Source: Acaryochloris marina MBIC11017 (GTDB taxonomy: Bacteria; Cyanobacteriota; Cyanobacteriia; Thermosynechococcales; Thermosynechococcaceae). From it: DNA of 32,000 nucleotides. Made by a program: the position numbers and the translations under genes. The notes below the pieces were generated by a model that was given only the letters and a program-made list of their open reading frames with translations, was not told the origin of the DNA and searched no databases. Shown piece after piece: positions 16,711 through 25,468 of this stretch (position 1 is the stretch's first letter; each line of letters opens with the position of its first letter). The stretch is from assembly GCF_000018105.1 (NCBI RefSeq), contig NC_009925.1, forward strand, positions 6,240,001 through 6,272,000, in the 5' to 3' direction.

Positions 16711-16915
16711 CTAACTGTACCTGTCGTTCCTTTCTAGCACCTCCTGGAAAGGTTCTGGTTGATCTGATTTTTCTGGACAATATCTTTGATACCCAAAGCG
16801 ATCGCAATGTTGTCCCACCTCCGGTTCCCCTTCTTGATCCACCCTGAGCTTCCCTGCTAAGTCCCCAATCAGCTCCTGACCCCGCTAGCGATGCGGTGAA
16901 GTGACTTCAAACGTG
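16711..16915 (-). pseudogene. 3' fragment of a PD-(D/E)XK nuclease gene paralogous to 20482..21270
   Basis: 16745-16915 aligns by eye with 20525-20700 at roughly 70-75% identity. It translates to ELIGDLAGKLRVDQEGEPEVGQHCDRFGYQRYCPEK, compared with EDMAMKLRCDQEWKPVTGQHCDRCGYQKYCPAK. An in-frame TAG at 16885-16887 interrupts it and nothing homologous lies further upstream. Confidence 0.75.
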
Positions 16916-17186
16916 ATTTTTGGGCCATATCACAAATAAATCAGACTCAATCTTCGAAGGTCCTGGTAATTAGCTCTAAAACCTAAGATCACCCTCTAAA
17001 TCACCGATTATCACGCCTAGCTTGTGATCCAGCTTAGAGAAAATCTTTGACAGAGCCGATAGTTTACTTACAGAGAGAAAAACAAATCCAAAACAAGCAA
17101 TCTAATTCATTAGAAAGTTTGAAATGATTCTCTCTTATCAGTACCGATCAACGTTCATTTTCTTATCAATTGCAGGATAATCCATC

Positions 17187-17498
17187 ATGCTAAAGCCAAT
17201 CAAAGTAACGCTGCTAGGCATTATGGCAGCAACGACAGCAACAATTGCCATCCCCCAAGCAAACGCTTACTCTTCTTTGGTTGGGCAACAGTCTGAAGCC
17301 ATAGAGCAGAATGATAGTTCACTCGTTGCCTCTCATCGCCGTTTCCGCAGAGGTCGTAGAGTTCGACGAATTCGCTGGCGCAGAAAGTGGGTTTGCTATC
17401 GACGCCCCCATGTGTTCTATCGTCATGGACGTAAAATCGTGAAGTTCAAGCGTCATTGCTTCTGGAAAAAGTATCGCCATTCTGGCCATCATTTCTAA
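17187..17498 (+). CDS. Secreted precursor of a hyper-cationic Arg/Lys/His-rich peptide
   Basis: AGGA lies upstream of the ATG. The product has a signal peptide (MLKPIKVTLLGIMAATTATIAIPQANA), an acidic 22-aa segment, then a 54-aa tail with 17 Arg, 6 Lys, 7 His, 2 Cys and no acidic residues. Confidence 0.5.
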   Translation: MLKPIKVTLLGIMAATTATIAIPQANAYSSLVGQQSEAIEQNDSSLVASHRRFRRGRRVRRIRWRRKWVCYRRPHVFYRHGRKIVKFKRHCFWKKYRHSGHHF

Positions 17499-18480
17499 GT
17501 AGATACGGACTGAATTTACACCTTAGCTACGATTAACCCGTACTCCTCCCATATAGCGATCTGTGGACTGATCTAAAGGACTAACCCTGAAAGGGCAGTT
17601 CATCGATTTTGGAGTGAAGATTTTGGATCGCTAGATTGAAGAAACAGGTGGCGGCTATGAACAGAACCAATCAGGACTTTAAAGAATTTCTATGGTCCTT
17701 CATTTGAGTATTCGTTGCTATCCCCCAGTAAGATGAGCGCTCATCGGGTGATACCACTGCTCCAATCCCGTCTCATCCCCCACTACAGGATCAAAGAATG
17801 CACGAATGACTGAAATTATCGTGTATTTGTGCCAGGGGAAACAGCATGTTTGCCACTCTAAATCGGACCGAGCTTGCCGAGGTGGCCGCAATATCCAACT
17901 GTAAGTCTTTGCGACATTGGACTTTAATGATCCTACAAATGAGGTGGTATGAGCCTTGGCTTTCAGTTGTGTTGAGCATTTGAGCTATTCCCCATCACCA
18001 CTGATGATTCATTACGGAAAGTTGGTGGAGTCATCGTCACACAACCATCAACAGTTTGAAGAGAATATCCATATTTCAAAAACCCACCAGAACTCAATCT
18101 TGAGTACGGCATACCCTGTATGGGACTTCGAGCAGTGGTAAAACCTTTATTGCTTTGAATTTTTTTACTGAACTTTCCACTGAATAAATCTGAACTTTTC
18201 AGGATTTTATCTACCAAGAATATTGGCGATATTGAGGGCATCAAAGTTAAAGGAAGCAAGCTAAACCATTATATCTACTGGGTTACTGAGTTTACATCTT
18301 AGTTGTTGCCTCCTGGCAAACAACTCTTACCACCAAGCTTAGCCCTGACTTCAGTACTCAGTACTTACTCATCCAGATAACATTTCTGGTTTTCAAATGG
18401 CAGATGAGAAATGGTCTGCAAGCTTGTCATGCCTAATTTTTGATTTTTCACTCACATGTTGACTCAAATACTAAACTCCG

Positions 18481-19068
18481 ATGCTATTAGAAACATCTTC
18501 TTCAGCTCAAGAAATCATTGTCATCAATCTAGGCTTTGCATTTTGTGGTGGAGCAATAAAATACATTGATGATGCTTTTGATTCTAGTGATCATGGAAAA
18601 ATTTTAGCGATGATTTTTGCTCCAATTACAGGAGTTATATGTTATTTGCTCATAGCAACTGATATTGCAGCAGCGACAATTCTATTAGCTATTATGCTAG
18701 GAGTCGCCCTCAAAGGGAAAATCGATACAGTAGGTCATTTACTAGCATTAGCCATTGTTCTTTTACTTTTATATGTAAATCCTCCTGAAATCATGTTACT
18801 TCCCTGGCTAGTTTTAGGTCTCGCGGGTTTCGCTGATGAAATAGGGAACGATTTTGTTGACTCTCGGCCTAATCTCTTAAAAAGAGCTTCTTTTTGGAGT
18901 GGAACGAAATTCACCTACTTTTTTCTTGAATACCGTTGCTTCATGAAGGTGATGATGATAATTCTCTTCTTTATGAATATATTAAGCTGGCACTATTTAG
19001 TCGCTTTCCTGTTCTTTGATCTTGCATATCATCTTACGGGTACTTGGTCAGAACACTGGATAGCCTAA
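18481..19068 (+). CDS. Polytopic membrane protein with two Asp-rich motifs
   Basis: Five to six hydrophobic segments. Motifs YIDDAFD and FADEIGNDFVD. No family recognised. Confidence 0.55.
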   Translation: MLLETSSSAQEIIVINLGFAFCGGAIKYIDDAFDSSDHGKILAMIFAPITGVICYLLIATDIAAATILLAIMLGVALKGKIDTVGHLLALAIVLLLLYVNPPEIMLLPWLVLGLAGFADEIGNDFVDSRPNLLKRASFWSGTKFTYFFLEYRCFMKVMMIILFFMNILSWHYLVAFLFFDLAYHLTGTWSEHWIA

Positions 19069-19346
19069 GCCAATATTTACTTGGAACATATTTTGTTCCA
19101 GTAAAACTCTAAGTTATGCAATGAGAAGTAAGGACATCTAGAATACCTATTTCTCTAAATGTCCTTTAAAAAAACCGAAGCAACGTGATATTGCATAAAA
19201 GACAATGACAACTATCAAAAAATTAGTTAATACATGAATAAAGACAACTGCAATAGCGAGCTATAAGTCATGCTCAACCATGAAACCTAAAGATAGAAAT
19301 TTGGATTATAAATCTACTTTTTATATCACCAATCACATCATGCTTT

Positions 19347-20291
19347 ATGTCTAGAAATATAACGATTGAAGAGCAAGGTATAAGGTTAAGCATATTGGGC
19401 AACCTCTTCATGGCAGCCCTTGGCCTTTGTTTTGCTAGCTTATCCCACTCAGAAATGATTCTTCTAGATGGAGTATTTTCTTTAATTAATCTAGTTATTG
19501 CTTATCTATCTCTCAAGATATTAAGACGATCCAAACAGTCAAACGATTACTATAATTCTATTCCCTCAATTTATTTTGAACCATTGATAAACTTAGTAAA
19601 AGGCGTCATCTTAACTATTGTCTGCCTCTTAGCTTTTGGGTCTTCAGTAATTATTATCCTAAACGGTGGTCATGCTATATCTACAGGAAAAGCCATTTGG
19701 TATGCACTATTGGCAACATTAGTCTGTATGACTATTGCGCTCAAGCAAAGAAAAAGAGCAAAAGCATGTAATTCTTCACTCATTGAAGTAGATGCCAAAA
19801 GTTGGTTCATCGATGGTTTATTGAGCGGAGTTGTAGTCTTAGTTTTTACAATTGTGTTTTTCTTGCAAAATACAACATTAGCAATATTCTTACCCTACGC
19901 TGATCCTATTCTAGTTATTTTCTTGTGTTTAATAGTAGCTCCTATTCCTGTGGAGATTGTAAAGGAGAACTGGCCTAAATTAGTAGGGGAAAAATATGAT
20001 GTCCAGCTTGAATATAAAATCATTGATATTATAGACAAACATATTCCAAAGACAACAATACAAGACTACTATGTTAGTCATGGATACTTAGGTGATAAGC
20101 TTTACGTGCAATGTCATCTTTTAGTAATTGAAGAAATAAGTCAGAAGTTAAGTTTAGCCGAGCAGGATAAAATTCGTGCTTTTCTTTATCAGAAGCTAAG
20201 AGATGACTTTCCTAGCCTAGCCATTGATATAAATTTCATATGTGATCCAATATGGGTTGAAAGAAGGATATTGCATGTGAGTAAAGCTTGA
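19347..20291 (+). CDS. Cation diffusion facilitator (CDF)-like transporter, divergent
   Basis: Six TM segments plus a C-terminal cytoplasmic domain. CDF-like TM2 (SHSEMILLDGVFSLINL) and TM5 (SSLIEVDAKSWFIDGLLS) patterns are present, but the usual His positions appear substituted. Confidence 0.6.
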   Translation: MSRNITIEEQGIRLSILGNLFMAALGLCFASLSHSEMILLDGVFSLINLVIAYLSLKILRRSKQSNDYYNSIPSIYFEPLINLVKGVILTIVCLLAFGSSVIIILNGGHAISTGKAIWYALLATLVCMTIALKQRKRAKACNSSLIEVDAKSWFIDGLLSGVVVLVFTIVFFLQNTTLAIFLPYADPILVIFLCLIVAPIPVEIVKENWPKLVGEKYDVQLEYKIIDIIDKHIPKTTIQDYYVSHGYLGDKLYVQCHLLVIEEISQKLSLAEQDKIRAFLYQKLRDDFPSLAIDINFICDPIWVERRILHVSKA

Positions 20292-20337
20292 CTGATCCAA
20301 ATATCTTTATAATGAAGTTCTCTAGTATCTCATTGGA

Positions 20338-20465
20338 TAAGTCAAGATATCTCGACCATGAAGCCGGCACACGATGTCCTGGTATCCACTGAATATGTTT
20401 CATCAGAACCCAGCGTTATGCAACCGTGTCAGCAATAAGCATCTGAAACTGTTCGTACTGAAACT
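20338..20465 (-). pseudogene. C-terminal fragment of a tyrosine recombinase gene
   Basis: Minus-strand translation gives FSTNSFRCLLLTRLHNAG, then after a frameshift VLMKHIQWIPGHRVPASWSRYLD (box II-like). The nucleotides resemble 23425-23500 (about 70% by eye). Confidence 0.55.
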
Positions 20466-20481
20466 TATAAATTCAAAAAAA

Positions 20482-21270
20482 TCACAATCCCAAAGCCAAC
20501 TGCACTTGCGTAACCTCCTTAGCCTCTTGCGGTAGGGGTTCTGGTCTAGTATTTTTCGCGGGGCAATATTTCTGATACCCGCAGCGATCGCAATGCTGTC
20601 CCGTCACGGGTTTCCATTCCTGATCGCATCTGAGCTTCATCGCCATATCTTCAATCAGAGATTGGGCTTGCTGGTGATGGTCAGGTGTGACCTCATAGGT
20701 CAGTTTCTCGTTAGAACGCAAGTAGATGAGACTCAGGCGTTTGAGCGCTTTCTTGTAGATCTGTTCCAGAATCAGATAGTAAAAACCCAATTGGATATCC
20801 ACTGATGGAGGAGGATTAACGGATTTGCTTGTCTTGTAATCAATCAGTTCCAGACCATCATCGATATAATCCAAGCGATCATACCGACCAGACAGGGTAA
20901 ATTCGATATTACGGACTTGGAGATTTGCCCTGACCTTTGTCTCAATCCCCAGCGGTTTGCGGATTTGGGGGAGTGAGGAAATATACCGCTCATAATAAAG
21001 CTGTAGTGCTACCCACCCCTCATGGACCTGAGTTGGGGTCAATTCACTCGTATGCTGCTGCCAACAAACGGCAAACCAATCGAGGGAAGGAAGAGGGTAA
21101 GCGTAGTTCCAATCCTTGTAGACATTGGCTAACGCTGCATGGAGAGCATTGCCAAGCTTGGTGGAGCCGAATATGGTTGGTGAAGGTAATTTATGCTCAT
21201 ACCTAAATTGATAGGATTTTGGGCACTGTCCGTAGGTTTTGAGCTTGGTGGCTGACAGGGAATAGGACAT
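20482..21270 (-). CDS. PD-(D/E)XK nuclease, Cas4/RecB-like with a four-Cys cluster
   Basis: N-terminal YGQCPKSYQFRY, the core GRYDRLDYIDDGLELIDYKTSK (D...ExK), and C-terminal CDRCGYQKYC. This arrangement is typical of Cas4/AddB-type nucleases with an Fe-S cluster. Confidence 0.85.
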   Translation of the reverse strand: MSYSLSATKLKTYGQCPKSYQFRYEHKLPSPTIFGSTKLGNALHAALANVYKDWNYAYPLPSLDWFAVCWQQHTSELTPTQVHEGWVALQLYYERYISSLPQIRKPLGIETKVRANLQVRNIEFTLSGRYDRLDYIDDGLELIDYKTSKSVNPPPSVDIQLGFYYLILEQIYKKALKRLSLIYLRSNEKLTYEVTPDHHQQAQSLIEDMAMKLRCDQEWKPVTGQHCDRCGYQKYCPAKNTRPEPLPQEAKEVTQVQLALGL

Positions 21271-21507
21271 GGGCGTGTGTTAGCGCATGAACCTATGGTA
21301 GATCAGATGTATTAAGTCTCAATCATCGATTCAGTTTTATCGTCTCTTCCTCAGCGGCAATATACTGATCTGCTGCCGCTGAAAAGCCATAAAGTAACGG
21401 TGACTAAACTTGCCAAAACTCTTTAGGGATTTCCGATCTTGGCTCTCCCTGAACTGTCTTGCTAGCATGGTTCACTGAACACCATTTATTCATCCTTTCC
21501 ACGCCTA

Positions 21508-21717
21508 ATGTCAGAGCAAGATAAATACGCCCCAGCCCCCACTCGAAATACGGAGGAGATTCAGAAGAACTACAACAGCGATGCCAAGGCAATGCGGGCT
21601 AAAGCTGCTAGGGCCAGGATTGCTGCTCGACAGAAAGCGGAACGAGATGCACGGCAGAGAGCGGCGATTGAGAAGATTCCGCTAGAGCATCGATACGTGC
21701 CTGATCAGGCTAGTTAG
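21508..21717 (+). CDS. Hypothetical Ala/Arg-rich small protein
   Basis: ORF only with no obvious SD. It overlaps an antisense ORF of similar size. Confidence 0.3.
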   Translation: MSEQDKYAPAPTRNTEEIQKNYNSDAKAMRAKAARARIAARQKAERDARQRAAIEKIPLEHRYVPDQAS

Positions 21718-21915
21718 TATATAGGACTTTCTTTATCAATACTGAGGTAGATCTGCTTTGTGCTAATGTTTACAGCCATTCTGAATGTTCTGGTGTAGAG
21801 AGGGTACCGAAAAGTTCAACTTATCTGAATCCTGGCCAAAGCCTTTAGGTTCGTAGTTTAGAACCCATTCTCAACATCAATTACAGTTGTAATTTTAAAT
21901 TTTGCTCTACGTTCA

Positions 21916-23034
21916 TCAAACTGTGGAATCTGTTTCTATCCAATCGGGTAAATATTCAGAGTTCAGATTGTCATAAGTTGATAAGGTCTCATGATCATGA
22001 ATAGATGGGAGCTGAAGGAAAGGAAGCTTTCCAGAAGCTGGCATAGTATTTTTTGCAGATACCAAAGGCAAAGCCTTTTTCTTCGGGGGTAAAGGCTCTG
22101 CGACTTCGTCAGCAGCTTTGTTTAATCGCTCCTGTCCATATCTCTGGGAAGATAGCTTCGATGGGTAGGCAGCATCTACAGTTTTTTTAGCCAAAGTTCG
22201 CTGGGGTAGAATCACATTTTGAAATACGAATTCAACCGTTTCAAATTTGAGCCAGCCCCGAGACACCAAGATTTCTCCAAATCGCATTTCCGTAGAATCT
22301 TGATCCGATAAGACAACTTCTACTTGAGCCAAGGACAATAAGCCTGCATCAACTAGGTAACTACCAATGCGTTTAATGCCAGGATAGCGGGATGCATCTG
22401 TCCGACGATGTACTGTTTGTTTTTGTCTCAAACGGTTTTGGCGTTTTTTTGACTGAGTTTTATTAAAGTGCTTTTTCGGTTTGGAGGGTGTGGTGAGAGA
22501 GGGTTTTTCTGTACTTTTCAGCCAACTCAACATATTCAATGGGTTTAATCGCATCCAATGGCCCGAAATTTGAATCGTGATGATACCTCGCTCACAGACC
22601 AAGTTTTGGATAGGATATAAAACACCTCGATAGAGGATAAGTAAACTCATTAAAGAGCGCTGTTTATTCTCTTTTTCATACCTCCACCAGGCTTGTAATA
22701 AGTCTAGGGAATTAGTAAAGTGAACACTATAGTTTTTAGGAATATCAATAGGTTCATATTCATAAAAACCTGAAATGTTTGACTGGCGGATGGGCAAACA
22801 TTTTTGCTTGGCCATAGATTCATGCAACTGTGACCAAAAGCTAGACTTATAACGAATTGAGCTAAAGCGTCGTTTACCAGATAATTTAGCTGTAGCAATT
22901 AATCCTTCAGATTTAGCTAATAGTTGCAAAGTATCTCCAATTGGCTCAAACCTAAGCTCAGCATTGCTCTCAAATGCTGAGTAGCCTGAAAGATAACTTG
23001 ATACAAATACTTTTAAAAGTTCGGCATTGTTCAT
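21916..23034 (-). CDS. Hypothetical protein with a central basic linker and an MshEN/T2SSE_N-like domain
   Basis: RIGSYLVDAGLLSLAQVEVVLSDQ - DSTEM - RFGEILVSRGWLKFETVEFVFQNV comprises two tandem 24-residue motifs separated by 5 residues. The N-terminal 180 aa are unrecognised. Confidence 0.6.
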   Translation of the reverse strand: MNNAELLKVFVSSYLSGYSAFESNAELRFEPIGDTLQLLAKSEGLIATAKLSGKRRFSSIRYKSSFWSQLHESMAKQKCLPIRQSNISGFYEYEPIDIPKNYSVHFTNSLDLLQAWWRYEKENKQRSLMSLLILYRGVLYPIQNLVCERGIITIQISGHWMRLNPLNMLSWLKSTEKPSLTTPSKPKKHFNKTQSKKRQNRLRQKQTVHRRTDASRYPGIKRIGSYLVDAGLLSLAQVEVVLSDQDSTEMRFGEILVSRGWLKFETVEFVFQNVILPQRTLAKKTVDAAYPSKLSSQRYGQERLNKAADEVAEPLPPKKKALPLVSAKNTMPASGKLPFLQLPSIHDHETLSTYDNLNSEYLPDWIETDSTV

Positions 23035-23496
23035 AAGGGTAGAGTATGAACTTTAGTTGAGATAATAGAAGCCATTCCATCATACGATTGTTCTCAAACA
23101 GGTTGAGTGATCTATATCAATGACTGTTATAGATTTTATCTCTCATGAAATATATTAGGGAAACCACTCAATAAAATTCTCAGATTTCAAACTAAATAGC
23201 AGAGCGCTTAAGATCATGGAATAGCTTGATAAAAATGAGAAATAATTAATTTAACCCCAGCAACACCCCTATAATCTCTCCCTGAAGATTCTTCCAATTA
23301 TTGTCGTATTTAAGCACCGTTTTAGATTCATTAAAACACCAGCCATGCAATCACCCTCTCCACCTATCGGTGACCTCAAGATAACCCTACAATGCGGCCA
23401 GCGTCCTGTGCCTTGAGATTCGCTGAACATGCTTCGTCGGCACTCAAGCGTTATGCATCCGCACCAAAGCTGTGCATCTGAAGCTATGGGTACTAA

Positions 23497-23504
23497 ACCT
23501 TTCC
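23497..23504. repeat. ISL3 target-site duplication, left copy (ACCTTTCC)
   Basis: Identical 8-mer at 24890-24897, directly abutting the IRs. Confidence 0.9.
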
Positions 23505-24889
23505 GGCTCTCTGGGAATTAGCGTGTAGCAGTCCTACATTTAGTGTGTTTCCTTTTTCATCCCTATGGAATGATCTGAGGTAGTACTTCAGAGCAATGGC
23601 GTAATGGATAACTCAATTCGCATCCCGCTCAACCTTCCTGATATTCGAGTTCTAGAGCTATCGAAGACTGAGAGAGGGGATTGGCTCATCAAGATTGAGA
23701 GTACGCTTCAAGGAACAACCTGTCATCAATGCGGACGTGAGATTACTGACCTCCATTGTCATGATCAGCCTTTTCGGATTCGTCACCTGCCATTATTTGA
23801 AGTCCCCGTTTACTTAGAAATTCGGCCCAAGCGTTATCGATGCAAGTATTGCGATGACCATCCCACAACAACTCAACATTTAGAATGGCACGAACCTCGC
23901 AGTCCCAATACAAAAGCATATGAGCGTTGGCTTCTGCGAATCTTGATCAATTCAACGGTCTCAGATGTTGCCAGAAAACTAGGCGTTAGTGAGGATATCG
24001 TCAGTGGAATCATTGATCGTTGGATTGCCGCTCAAGTTGACTGGAGCGAATATGCAGACCTCAAAGTTATGGGGATGGATGAGATTTCTCTCAAACGAGG
24101 CCATCGTGATTTTGTGGTTTTGATCACGATTCCTACGACGGATGGGGTGGATATATTGGCAGTTCTAGCCGACCGTAAACAGCAGACAGTGGCAAATTTC
24201 CTTCAATCGATTCCCATTGATTTACGCCAAACCATTGAGCGCGTCTGTACGGACATGTACCAAGGATTTGTCAGTGCAGTCCGAGAACAATTGCCGCAAG
24301 CCAAAATTGTCATTGACCGCTTTCATGTGACCAAAGCCTATCGTAATTGTGCTGATACGGTTCGTAAACGTGAGGTCAAACGTCTACGACGAGAGCTCTC
24401 TAAGCAAGAGTATGACAGCATCAAAGGCGCGATGTGGCCTTTTAGAAAACGACCAGAGAATCTGAAAGAGTCAGAGCAACAACTCCTTGAGCGATTGTTT
24501 GCTTATTCTCCACAACTGAAACAGGCGTACAACCTCCGAGAGAAACTCACGCAGATATTTGAGGGCAGGTACACCAAGCACGGAGCTAAATGTGCCATCC
24601 GTGCTTGGTGTAAACAAGTACTCAAGAGTGACATCAAGGAATTCGATTGTTTTCTGACCACTATCAATAATTGGATGGACGAGATGACCAACTATTTCCT
24701 GGAGGGGTGGACCAGTGGTTTTGTGGAAGGATTTAATAACCGAGTCAAAGTCTTAAAAAGACGATGCTACGGTATTTTCGATATTGAAAGACTCTTCCAA
24801 AGGATTTCTCTTGACCTCAATGGGTATCAGACATTCGCTGTGACCTAAACACTATATCTAGCGGCTACCACGCTAATTCCCGGAGAGCC
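23505..24889 (+). mobile_element. Intact ISL3-family insertion sequence (1385 bp)
   Basis: Imperfect ~26-bp IRs: GGCTCTCTGGGAATTAGCGTGTAGC (left) versus GGCTCTCCGGGAATTAGCGTGGTAGC (right, reverse complement). Flanked by identical 8-bp ACCTTTCC. Contains a single full-length transposase. Confidence 0.95.
23604..24848 (+). CDS. ISL3-family transposase
   Basis: N-terminal zinc finger (CHQCG...RYRCKYC), an HTH, and a DDE_Tnp_ISL3-type C-terminus (GMDEISLKRGH..., VCTDMYQGF..., GFVEGFNNRVKVLKRRCYG). Confidence 0.95.
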   Translation: MDNSIRIPLNLPDIRVLELSKTERGDWLIKIESTLQGTTCHQCGREITDLHCHDQPFRIRHLPLFEVPVYLEIRPKRYRCKYCDDHPTTTQHLEWHEPRSPNTKAYERWLLRILINSTVSDVARKLGVSEDIVSGIIDRWIAAQVDWSEYADLKVMGMDEISLKRGHRDFVVLITIPTTDGVDILAVLADRKQQTVANFLQSIPIDLRQTIERVCTDMYQGFVSAVREQLPQAKIVIDRFHVTKAYRNCADTVRKREVKRLRRELSKQEYDSIKGAMWPFRKRPENLKESEQQLLERLFAYSPQLKQAYNLREKLTQIFEGRYTKHGAKCAIRAWCKQVLKSDIKEFDCFLTTINNWMDEMTNYFLEGWTSGFVEGFNNRVKVLKRRCYGIFDIERLFQRISLDLNGYQTFAVT

Positions 24890-24897
24890 ACCTTTCC
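24890..24897. repeat. ISL3 target-site duplication, right copy (ACCTTTCC)
   Basis: Identical 8-mer at 23497-23504. Confidence 0.9.
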
Positions 24898-25468
24898 AGT
24901 CCCACACGAGCAAAAGTATGCCTAAAGATTCGGTCTGCTGAACTCACCCGGATATAAGAACGGCCATGCCAACCGGGGGAAATAGGTGCGAGTTGGGTCA
25001 GGTGAATAAGCCACTAAATAGTCATACAGCTAGGGATGCATCGGCACTTCTCGCGTATCCCAATTGCCCTTCGTTTGATGCCAGCGAAACAACACCGAGG
25101 GTTTGGGTTTACTGGCGTTGACCACATCACTGGTGAGTAATGTACAGGCTTCACCGATCCTGAATCCGGTATAGAGGCAGACACCGAGCAAGGCTGATAA
25201 TCTCACTTAAATTCAAGATCAAAGCACTCTTGAACATGGGAATAATGGCGAAAGAGTTTCACAAAATATCTACATCGCGCTGCTATATAAACCCCGTTTC
25301 ATATTGACCATAAATCGTCCACTGATGTTGATCTCAGTACGATGTTTTCAGTTCGAAATTACTTGAGAAAACCTTTATTATTATTTGCCTAAGAAAGTAA
25401 ATAATTAGGCTACTCATAACTAAGGAAAATCATCTTTCATTTAGTAACTTTAAACCAAGATGTAAACC

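Larger units (their letters stand above)
23349..25203 (-). pseudogene. Decayed, 5'-truncated tyrosine recombinase gene interrupted by ISL3
   Basis: Minus-strand translation right of the IS gives RLSALLGVCLYTGFRIGEACTLLTSDV...TKGNWDTREVPMHP, with in-frame stops at 25030-25032 and 24922-24924. Left of the IS it gives STHSFRCTALVRMHNA*VPTKHVQRISRHRTLAAL*GYLEV. Confidence 0.75.

Noticed and set aside
17791-18259. Three overlapping short ORFs (17791..17979 -, 17956..18141 +, 17963..18259 -)
   Set aside because: They have no SD and no recognisable motifs, and they overlap each other. This may be decayed sequence, but I could not assign it.
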